The notes under the pieces are model-generated. The model had not been told where the DNA came from and ran no database searches. It saw nothing but the letters and a program-made list of their open reading frames with translations. From Alphaproteobacteria bacterium (lineage in GTDB: Bacteria > Pseudomonadota > Alphaproteobacteria > UBA9219), in NCBI GenBank assembly GCA_034002905.1, contig JAVEZQ010000006.1, forward strand, positions 8,337 through 72,336: a stretch of DNA of 64,000 nucleotides, read 5' to 3'. Numbering within the stretch: position 1 is the first letter of the stretch; each line of letters opens with the position of its first letter. This document shows positions 9,279 to 16,522 of the stretch, one piece after another. The position numbers and the translations under genes are program-made.

Positions 9279-11906
9279 TTATGCCCGCAACTGTGCAGGT
9301 TCGGCCTGCTGTGGTTCTGGTGTTTTAATGGGAAGAAAACAGCTAATACGTGTGCCGTCCTTTTCGTCGCTGAAGAGTTCAACTCGCCCGCCGTGAAGTT
9401 CAACAAAGCTTTTGACGAGACTGAGCCCCAGTCCTGCTCCGCCCTGTCGAAGGTGGGCGTTAGCCTTTTCAAACTTGCCAAAGATGCGATCTTTGTCTTC
9501 TTGCGGGATGCCGACGCCGGTATCAAGAACGCTCAGAATGATCCATGGTTCCTGCTTCCATGCGACGATGGCGATGTGACCGCCGGGAGGCGTGTATTTG
9601 ATGGCATTGCCGACAAGGTTAAACAAGACCTGCTTGATCCGGACTTCGTCAACTTCGAAGGTCCCAATATCCGAGGGGCAGTCGATCAGGATTTCAAGCG
9701 ACTGTTGTCGTCCCCATTCGGCCATCAGCTCTTTGGATTCGTTGAGAAGTTCGGCGACGCTAATCTCGCGCCGTTCGAGTGTTAGGCGGCCCGCCTCGAT
9801 CATGGCAAGATCAAGCACATTGTTGATGAGATGGGAAAGCTTCTCGCTTTCACCCCGAATGGTTGTTGTGTATTCAAGCTGACGTTCATTGAGCGTACCG
9901 AAATATTGTTCGCTCAGGATGTCGGCAAAGCCCATGATGGTGTTAAGTGGTGTGCGCAATTGATAGGAAACGTTGGCAACAAAATCGGATTTGAGGCGAT
10001 CTGCTGTGGCGAGGGCCGCGTTGCTTGCTCTCAGGGCTTGTTCGACGCGGATGGAGTCCGTCACGTCCAAAAAGCTATTGAGCACGGAACCGTCTGGCAG
10101 AGGAACAATCATATACTCGATGATGCTATGATCCGCACGCTCAATGCGTCCGGCGCGTTGTTTACGGTCGAGCGCATAGCTCACCATCTTTTCCTTGCGT
10201 TCGGGCCACTGGTCGTCTGGCACGTTGAGCAGGGGCCTAGCGGCTTCGATGAGGTCGTTGACATGCGTATCGGCGGACAAAAGCTCCGGTGGATAGGCCC
10301 ACACGCGCCCCAAGGCCGGATTGTAAAGACGCAGGCGTCCGTCGGGCCCAAAGACTGCAATCCCTTCGGAAAGGTTGTCGATCGTTTCGCGTTGAACGGC
10401 CATCAAGGTGTTATAGCTGGTTTCCAGCTCCAATTGGTCGGTGACGTTTTCATAAACAAACATCAAGCCGCCGAGCGGATGCGGCGCAATAAGGTTCCGT
10501 AAGCAGGTTGAATCCGGCAAGTGAAGCACATCTTCGCGTGGCTCAAGCAAGGATGTAAAAAGATTAAGGTATTCTTTCTTGTATTTCTGGAAATCGGTCT
10601 GCTCAGGGATTTTTCGCCTTGCCCGAAAATCTTCCAATACCTCGCCAAAGGTCGGCTTGCTGTCTAGAAAGCTTTCCTGAGCTTCCCATAAGCGCAAATA
10701 GGCACGGTTGTAAAACTCTAGCTTGGCATCGGGACCAAAGACCCCGATGGCCGCGCCGAGGTGTTCTAAAACCTCATGATGCGAAATCAAGTGGCGCCGC
10801 AGCTCTTTCTCTTTTTCTTCCTCGGCGGTTACATCGATGGCGAACCCGATCAAGACGATGGGATCGTCTACTGTTGTATTTGGCGTTATCTGGTTGAGAG
10901 GGGGCAGGGGGCGTTCGACAACTTGCAAAAGGCGACGATGGCCATTGATAACGGCGTGGTCGCGTCGTGTGATCGGGGCACCAGCAGTAAAGACTTCGTT
11001 GGCCAAAGCCTTTCCGCCCTTGGATGCGGGGCCCATCAGTTCATGTTGTTCGCTCAGGACCTTTTCGCGCGGGATATCCATAACGCGGGCATAGGCCTCA
11101 TTGCACATAGCCAGTGATAAATCCGCACGGCGTGCCCAAACGGGAAAAGGCAGAAGGTCAAAACAACGCTCGATTTGTTGTAGATCTGCTGTGGATGCCG
11201 TGGAGGGCTTGTCTTCTTTGGGTTCCGGAACCGTTTTTTGAAGCTGTTCTTCGTGTTGGCTCAACTTTTGCGCGGCGACGTGGACTTCTTTTGTAACGGG
11301 CTCTGCGGGAGCCCCTGTTTTGACGGCCATGTCTTCGGACAGAGGCATAAATTTCAGAGCCTCTTTAGAGTAGTCACAAAACCACAAAACATCTGCGTGC
11401 GGGCCTTCCCTGCCAATGCGAAAGCGGTTTCCGACCAGCCAAAATGCACGACCTTCTGCATGTGTGGCATGAACGGCCATCGCAAAAGGATCGCCCGAAA
11501 GTTGCAGTTTGCGGAAGGCGGCAAGCAGATCGCTGCCTTCTTTGACCGCTGCGATCAAATCATCCATGTGCGTTATCTTTTTGCTTCCCAATCGTGCCGA
11601 AACGCCTTGTTCTTCCCTAAGCAAGCCCTGCGGGGTAAAGAGGCAATATCCGCCGGGTAAACAACGCAACATATACTGCAAGCGATCGGCAACGAAGCGG
11701 ATATGGCGAAGATGCCTTTCGGATTGGGTTGTCTTGCGCCAATAGGACCACAGAGCAAAACTTTCTCCCACGGCAAAGACGGCAAGCGCGACAACGGTCA
11801 AGAGTGGCCATTCAAGCCCCAGTCCGGCACCGGCAACAATCGTAAAAACGATGGTTGCGCCAAGGATCGCGATGAGGGGGGCTTTGGTGAACAAATGCTT
11901 CAACAT
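9279..11906 (-). CDS. divL: PAS-domain sensor kinase of DivL type (Tyr replaces the phospho-accepting His)
   Basis: 875 aa with N-terminal TM helices and multiple PAS-like segments. The DHp H-box reads FVANVSYQLRTPLN, with a TAT (Tyr) codon at 9963-9965 where HisKA kinases have His. The CA domain is intact: N box NLVGNAIKYT, G1 DTGVGI, G2 GGAGLGLSL. Confidence 0.7.
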   Translation of the reverse strand: MLKHLFTKAPLIAILGATIVFTIVAGAGLGLEWPLLTVVALAVFAVGESFALWSYWRKTTQSERHLRHIRFVADRLQYMLRCLPGGYCLFTPQGLLREEQGVSARLGSKKITHMDDLIAAVKEGSDLLAAFRKLQLSGDPFAMAVHATHAEGRAFWLVGNRFRIGREGPHADVLWFCDYSKEALKFMPLSEDMAVKTGAPAEPVTKEVHVAAQKLSQHEEQLQKTVPEPKEDKPSTASTADLQQIERCFDLLPFPVWARRADLSLAMCNEAYARVMDIPREKVLSEQHELMGPASKGGKALANEVFTAGAPITRRDHAVINGHRRLLQVVERPLPPLNQITPNTTVDDPIVLIGFAIDVTAEEEKEKELRRHLISHHEVLEHLGAAIGVFGPDAKLEFYNRAYLRLWEAQESFLDSKPTFGEVLEDFRARRKIPEQTDFQKYKKEYLNLFTSLLEPREDVLHLPDSTCLRNLIAPHPLGGLMFVYENVTDQLELETSYNTLMAVQRETIDNLSEGIAVFGPDGRLRLYNPALGRVWAYPPELLSADTHVNDLIEAARPLLNVPDDQWPERKEKMVSYALDRKQRAGRIERADHSIIEYMIVPLPDGSVLNSFLDVTDSIRVEQALRASNAALATADRLKSDFVANVSYQLRTPLNTIMGFADILSEQYFGTLNERQLEYTTTIRGESEKLSHLINNVLDLAMIEAGRLTLERREISVAELLNESKELMAEWGRQQSLEILIDCPSDIGTFEVDEVRIKQVLFNLVGNAIKYTPPGGHIAIVAWKQEPWIILSVLDTGVGIPQEDKDRIFGKFEKANAHLRQGGAGLGLSLVKSFVELHGGRVELFSDEKDGTRISCFLPIKTPEPQQAEPAQLRA

Positions 11907-11954
11907 GGGCTATTCAAAAGGGTTAAGGGGGCAGAAGAACAAAACACGAGAGAA

Positions 11955-13394
11955 CTATACTGCACGCGAAACGGGGGTGTGTTCGTTTCGCTGTTTTTTA
12001 TCAAAGAGGGAAGCAACGACGCGCACGGCCATGCGGTGTGGAATCGCCAGTGTAATTTTATATCCATCAAGGTGGATCACGCCCATTGCTTCAAAAGGTT
12101 CGAGTGCCGCAATTTCGGCATTGAGGGTGACCAGAGAAAAGTTATGTTTACGGCAAACAGTTTCAAGATTGACGGACATTGTACACATCAGGGATTCAAT
12201 GATCGCGGCGCGCAATTTGTCTTCACCTGTCATGACAAGCCCGCGTTTTGTCGCAAAACCTTCGGTGCGTAGAGCTTGCACGTAATCTTCAATGCCATGG
12301 GCGTTTTGGAAAAAGTGTCCTTTGCTGGTGCCGATGCTGCTGGCGCCGATACCAAGAAGTGATCCGGCACAATCATCCGTGTATCCTTGGAAGGTTCGAC
12401 GCAATCGTTTGTCAGCCGCAGCCTTGGCCAGAGTATCATCGGGGTGGGCGAAGTGATCCATGCCGATCTCGACATAACCTGCATCCACAAGGGTTTTGCG
12501 CGCCAGTGACTCCATGGCCAATGCGGCATGTGGTCCCGGCATAATGTATTGTTCGAGCGCGCGCTGGTGTTTTTTGACTTGCGGCACGTGGGCATAGGAA
12601 AACAGAGCGATACGCGAAGGATGCAATCTTGCAGCTTGTCGCGCTGTTTGAGCAAGAGATGTAGGTGATTGGAATGGCAGGCCGTACATTAAATCAAAAT
12701 TGATTTTTTCGATCCCGTATGTCCGCAAAAGATCGCAAGCCTCTTTGACCATTTCATAGGGTTGAATGCGGCCGATCGCGCTTTGGACTTCGGGATTAAA
12801 GTCCTGAACGCCAAGGCTCACGCGCGTCACACCCATCATGGCAAGTGTGCGGGCTTGTGCTTTTGTGATCAGGCGGGCGTCAAGCTCGATGGCGACTTCT
12901 TGACAGGAGCTCATATCAAAACGTCGTGCGAGCGCGCCAAAGAGAAGGCCCATGTCTTTTTCTGTCATAATATTGGGCGAACCGCCGCCTAAATGAATGT
13001 GGGAAACGCGGCGCTGTCGTTTGGCGGACAGGGCAACCTGTTCTAGTTCTTTGTGAACATGTTCCAAATAGTTCGAAACGTCTTCATGCTTTTGTGTCGC
13101 GCAGGTATGACATCCGCAATAAAGGCAAATCGTTCGGCAATAAGGGATGTGAAGATAGAGAGAAACAGGTTCTTCGGGCGCAATTTGTGCCAGAACGTCC
13201 CGATACTGTTGAGCAGAAACCCCGTCCCGAAACGCTGTTGCGGGGGGATAGCTGGTATAGCGGGGCACAGCTTTTCCCAGCCACAGATCATCGCGTCCTG
13301 ATTTTTGTCCCAAAAGGCCAAAAAAAGGATCATCCAAGGTAAAACCATCGCCGGTTTCCGGCGTGATGTGAGGCAGGGCAGCCGTCTGGTTCAT
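11955..13394 (-). CDS. hemN: Oxygen-independent coproporphyrinogen III oxidase (radical SAM)
   Basis: 479 aa with the radical-SAM cluster motif YLHIPYCRTICLYCGC (CX3CX2C). The length and overall layout are HemN-like. Confidence 0.88.
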   Translation of the reverse strand: MNQTAALPHITPETGDGFTLDDPFFGLLGQKSGRDDLWLGKAVPRYTSYPPATAFRDGVSAQQYRDVLAQIAPEEPVSLYLHIPYCRTICLYCGCHTCATQKHEDVSNYLEHVHKELEQVALSAKRQRRVSHIHLGGGSPNIMTEKDMGLLFGALARRFDMSSCQEVAIELDARLITKAQARTLAMMGVTRVSLGVQDFNPEVQSAIGRIQPYEMVKEACDLLRTYGIEKINFDLMYGLPFQSPTSLAQTARQAARLHPSRIALFSYAHVPQVKKHQRALEQYIMPGPHAALAMESLARKTLVDAGYVEIGMDHFAHPDDTLAKAAADKRLRRTFQGYTDDCAGSLLGIGASSIGTSKGHFFQNAHGIEDYVQALRTEGFATKRGLVMTGEDKLRAAIIESLMCTMSVNLETVCRKHNFSLVTLNAEIAALEPFEAMGVIHLDGYKITLAIPHRMAVRVVASLFDKKQRNEHTPVSRAV

Positions 13395-13676
13395 TCACGC
13401 GGTCTTTCAGTGAATTCTGATAGCGAATCAATAGCCTATCATAGGGAAATCTAGGATAAAAGCGAGGGCCTTTGTGTTTTTTAGGCAGTTTTGACTGCGG
13501 AATGGACAGCGGGAGCCGGCTCCAGCGCGACCTAAATGTGCCACACCCTTAAAAAATAACCCTTTAACGTAATTTTTGGGCTTGAACCGAACTTGTAAAC
13601 TGCCTTTAATGAAAGTGGTTGAAGCCATTTTGACTTTTTTATGGTCCGGCCTGGACTCTTACCTGTGGAGTATATC

Positions 13677-14264
13677 ATGAAGATTTCCCTTAAAACCGTT
13701 CTCGTTGGTGCTGTTCTCGCCCTTGCAATGGGTTCGACAACGCATGCTTCTGTTCTTGATGTCGTGCGTGACAAAGAGGGCACCCCTGTCCTTGCGCAAA
13801 GCGGCGATTGTCTGCGCACGAACTGGGACAGTGATTCAGAAGCCTGCCACAAAAAGGCCGATGTTCAGCCGACCATCAAGATCAGCACGGATCGTGCGGC
13901 GGTTTACTTCGCTTTTGGTAGCTCGAAGCTGACCGCCCAGTCCAAGAAGGTCTTGGATGAGGTTGCCACGAAGATTCAGGCGAATCCTACCGTTACGGCT
14001 GTTCGTGTTGCGGGATATGCTGACCGCATCGGCAGTGCAGCGGCGAACGAGAAACTCTCTAAGCGTCGCGCTGATATGGTCCGCAAGTACCTTGCTTCCA
14101 AGGGCGTCGTTAACACACAAATCGTTGAGATCCGTTGGTTTGGCGACAGCGCTCCGGCAACAGATTGCAAGAAGGTTTCGAAGAAGAAGCTGATCAAGTG
14201 CCTGCAGCCGGATCGTCGCGTTGAAATCGAATACGACTCGGTTGTGGTTGAAAAGGTCCAATAA
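13677..14264 (+). CDS. OmpA-family peptidoglycan-binding protein, secreted
   Basis: The signal peptide is MKISLKTVLVGAVLALAMGSTTHA, with the ATG at 13677. The C-terminal OmpA-like domain shows ...AVRVAGYADRIGSAAANEKLSKRRADMVRKYL...PDRRVEIE. The ORF-track start at 13641 adds 12 residues ahead of the signal peptide. Confidence 0.85.
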   Translation: MKISLKTVLVGAVLALAMGSTTHASVLDVVRDKEGTPVLAQSGDCLRTNWDSDSEACHKKADVQPTIKISTDRAAVYFAFGSSKLTAQSKKVLDEVATKIQANPTVTAVRVAGYADRIGSAAANEKLSKRRADMVRKYLASKGVVNTQIVEIRWFGDSAPATDCKKVSKKKLIKCLQPDRRVEIEYDSVVVEKVQ

Positions 14265-14286
14265 GTCCGACTTCAAGTCGATTGAT

Positions 14287-14319
14287 AAAAACCCGCTGAC
14301 GTTTGTCAGCGGGTTTTTT
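14287..14319. terminator. Bidirectional rho-independent terminator between the ompA-like gene and the convergent small gene
   Basis: The sequence aaaacccgctgac-gttt-gtcagcgggtttttt forms a perfect GC-rich stem with an A-run upstream and a T-run downstream, so it can terminate either strand. Confidence 0.85.
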
Positions 14320-14366
14320 GTTGGGGGTTGCTCCCCTGATACTGGGTTCTTTTTTTCTTTGGAGAA

Positions 14367-14642
14367 CTAACCCACTGGGCGCGGGGACATAACATTGCTT
14401 ACGACAAAGAGCAGCAGGCCCGATGCGGACGCGACGACGTTTCGAGTGGGGTTTTTGCCTGTTGCGACGTCATGCATGATGCCGAACATGCCGCCGACTG
14501 CCAAAGTCAGGCCACCTGCTGCTGGGCTATTTGTTCCAAAACCGATTGTGGCTGCGGCCAGAACTTGAGATGTGTGTGGGTGGTTCGCAATAAAATCGCA
14601 CGCTTTAGCAAACGAACTTTTTTTACATAACGTAACATTCAT
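14367..14642 (-). CDS. Hypothetical small membrane protein (91 aa)
   Basis: Only the 3' part of track ORF 14367..15236 is free of comM. An ATG at 14642 is preceded by GGAAGGG about 10 nt upstream. The product has two hydrophobic segments (VLAAATIGFG..., GLLLFVVSNV) and is followed by the bidirectional terminator. I recognised no family. Confidence 0.4.
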   Translation of the reverse strand: MNVTLCKKSSFAKACDFIANHPHTSQVLAAATIGFGTNSPAAGGLTLAVGGMFGIMHDVATGKNPTRNVVASASGLLLFVVSNVMSPRPVG

Positions 14643-14757
14643 GGTTAATAACCCTTCCTTTTCATTGTTTCGTGCAATTATAATTTTTTTCACTTGCGAT
14701 GAAAGGTCAGACAATACTTTCATCAAAAAGGTGGTTTCCAGAAAAGCCCCTAAAAGC

Positions 14758-16287
14758 CTACATTTTGAGGCGTCTATAGGACAAGGCTTCCGCAATGTGG
14801 GCGGATTCCAATTGTTCTTGCTCTGCCATATCGGCAAGAGTGCGTGCGACACGTAAGACGCGGTGATAGCCCCGGGCCGAGAGCTTGAGGTGTTCCGTCG
14901 CCTTGACAAGGAGTTGTCGCGCCGGTTCGTTGAGCGGTGTAACTTGTTCAAGAATTTCGCCTTCGGCTTCGGCGTTAGTCCGAATGGAGGCTTGAGCCTT
15001 CCTTGCAAGCGCGGCATAGCGCTCTCTCTGGATTTGACGTACCTTGGCCACGCGGGCGGCAACTTCGGCGGAGCCTTCTCTTGCTGGCGGCAAGGCAAGA
15101 TCAGTTGGGCTGACTTCCGGAACCTCGACATGACAATCGATACGATCAAAAAGAGGGCCGGAAATGCGGGATTGGTACTCAAGCGCGCATTTCGGCGCTC
15201 GACCACAGGCGCGGTCGGGATCCGATAAATAGCCACACCGGCAAGGGTTCATGGCCGCGATCAGCTGGATACGTGCGGGATAGGAGACATGATGATTGGC
15301 ACGCGAAATGACGGCCCGCCCTGTTTCAAGAGGTTGGCGCAAGGCTTCAAGGGTCGCGCGCTGGAATTCAGGGAGCTCGTCGAGGAAAAGGACACCATGA
15401 TGGGCCAGAGAAATCTCCCCCGGTTTGGCGCGAACGCCGCCACCGATTAGAGCCGGCAGGGTAGCGGAGTGGTGTGGGTCACGATAGGGCCGGTGGCGCA
15501 AAAGGCGGCCCCCCTCAAGAAGACCGGCAAGGGAATGGATCATAGAAACCTCAAGCGCCTCATCCGGTTCGAGCGGAGGGAGCAGAGAAGGCAGGCGCGA
15601 AGCTAGCATGCTTTTTCCTGATCCGGGGGGGCCGATCATCAGTAAATTATGGCCGCCAGCCGCGACAACTTCTAAAGCGCGCTTGGCCGTTTCTTGCCCT
15701 TTGATATCGCGCAAATCCAGAGTTGGGGCGTTGTCATTCAAGACTTGGAGGTGAGGCTCGGGGCGGTTGAGAACTTGAACCCCCTTGAAGTGGTTGATGA
15801 GCGAAAGAAGCGAGGGAGCGGCCAGAACCGGCAAATCTTCACTGGCCCAAACGGCTTCATTTCCGTTATCCTTTGGACAAATAAGACTTTTTTGTGCGGC
15901 ATTGGCTGCAATCGCTGCCGGAAGCGCCCCTGCGACTTTGGCCGTGGCGCCATCGAGTCCCAGCTCGCCCAGTGCGACATAGCTTGCCAGTTCTTCTTTA
16001 GGTAGAACCCCCATGGCACCCAATACAGCAAGGGCTATTGGCAAATCGAAATGACTTCCTTCTTTTACAACGTCGGCGGGCGCCAGATTAACAGTAATTC
16101 GTTTCGCAGGTAGGGCAAGGCCAAGGGCGTGCAAGGAACTGCGCACACGTTCGCGGCTTTCAGCCACGGCTTTATCCGGAAGGCCAACGATCATAAAGGC
16201 AACAAGACCCGATGATATTTGGACTTGAACATCAATGGGAAGAACAGAGGTTCCCTCAAAAGCCACAGTCCCGATGCGTGCAAGCAA
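14758..16287 (-). CDS. comM: Mg-chelatase-like AAA+ ATPase ComM/YifB
   Basis: 509 aa with an N-terminal Lon-protease-like domain, Walker A GPPGSGKSMLA and a ChlI-type AAA+ core. The YifB family layout is typical. Confidence 0.88.
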   Translation of the reverse strand: MLARIGTVAFEGTSVLPIDVQVQISSGLVAFMIVGLPDKAVAESRERVRSSLHALGLALPAKRITVNLAPADVVKEGSHFDLPIALAVLGAMGVLPKEELASYVALGELGLDGATAKVAGALPAAIAANAAQKSLICPKDNGNEAVWASEDLPVLAAPSLLSLINHFKGVQVLNRPEPHLQVLNDNAPTLDLRDIKGQETAKRALEVVAAGGHNLLMIGPPGSGKSMLASRLPSLLPPLEPDEALEVSMIHSLAGLLEGGRLLRHRPYRDPHHSATLPALIGGGVRAKPGEISLAHHGVLFLDELPEFQRATLEALRQPLETGRAVISRANHHVSYPARIQLIAAMNPCRCGYLSDPDRACGRAPKCALEYQSRISGPLFDRIDCHVEVPEVSPTDLALPPAREGSAEVAARVAKVRQIQRERYAALARKAQASIRTNAEAEGEILEQVTPLNEPARQLLVKATEHLKLSARGYHRVLRVARTLADMAEQEQLESAHIAEALSYRRLKM

Positions 16288-16522
16288 CAGAGATATCCTT
16301 CACTTATAGAAAAAATATGCCTAAGGCGCCCCTCTGAAATAGGTTTTTTTCACCTATCCCGTCAAGCCCTTCGTTGGGAAAACAACAGTCTCGGCATGAA
16401 AGGATTAGTGGCCTGTTTTATTAGTCAAATGTTCATAATATAACGATTAAAACAAAGCGGAGTCTCGACCTGAATGGGTGGGAGGGCTCAGGATCGCTGT
16501 GGGCTCAGGAGAGTTGGAAACG

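Noticed and set aside
13417-13431. An FNR/FixK-like palindrome (cTGAT-agcga-ATCAa) upstream of hemN
   Set aside because: The half-site spacing is one base too long (TGA-N7-TCA against TTGA-N6-TCAA). The site ends only about 23 nt from the hemN ATG, which is too close for a class II activator site unless the mRNA is nearly leaderless. It is not reported as a feature.
13677-14264. The OmpA-like protein as a candidate DotK/IcmN
   Set aside because: DotK is an OmpA-domain lipoprotein. This protein has an ordinary signal peptide (…THA|SV) with no lipobox, is separated from icmB by comM on the opposite strand, and has its own terminator. It is more simply a housekeeping OmpA-family protein.
14367-15236. 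A 289-aa ORF overlapping the 3' end of comM
   Set aside because: The upstream two-thirds overlap comM in another frame and look non-protein-like. Only the last 91 codons (14367-14642), which have their own Shine-Dalgarno and terminator, were kept as a low-confidence small gene.
14758-16287. comM as an island insertion site next to the T4BSS cluster
   Set aside because: comM is a known integration hotspot in some bacteria. Here the gene is intact at 509 aa, and no integrase, direct repeats or truncated comM fragments flank the icmB cluster.
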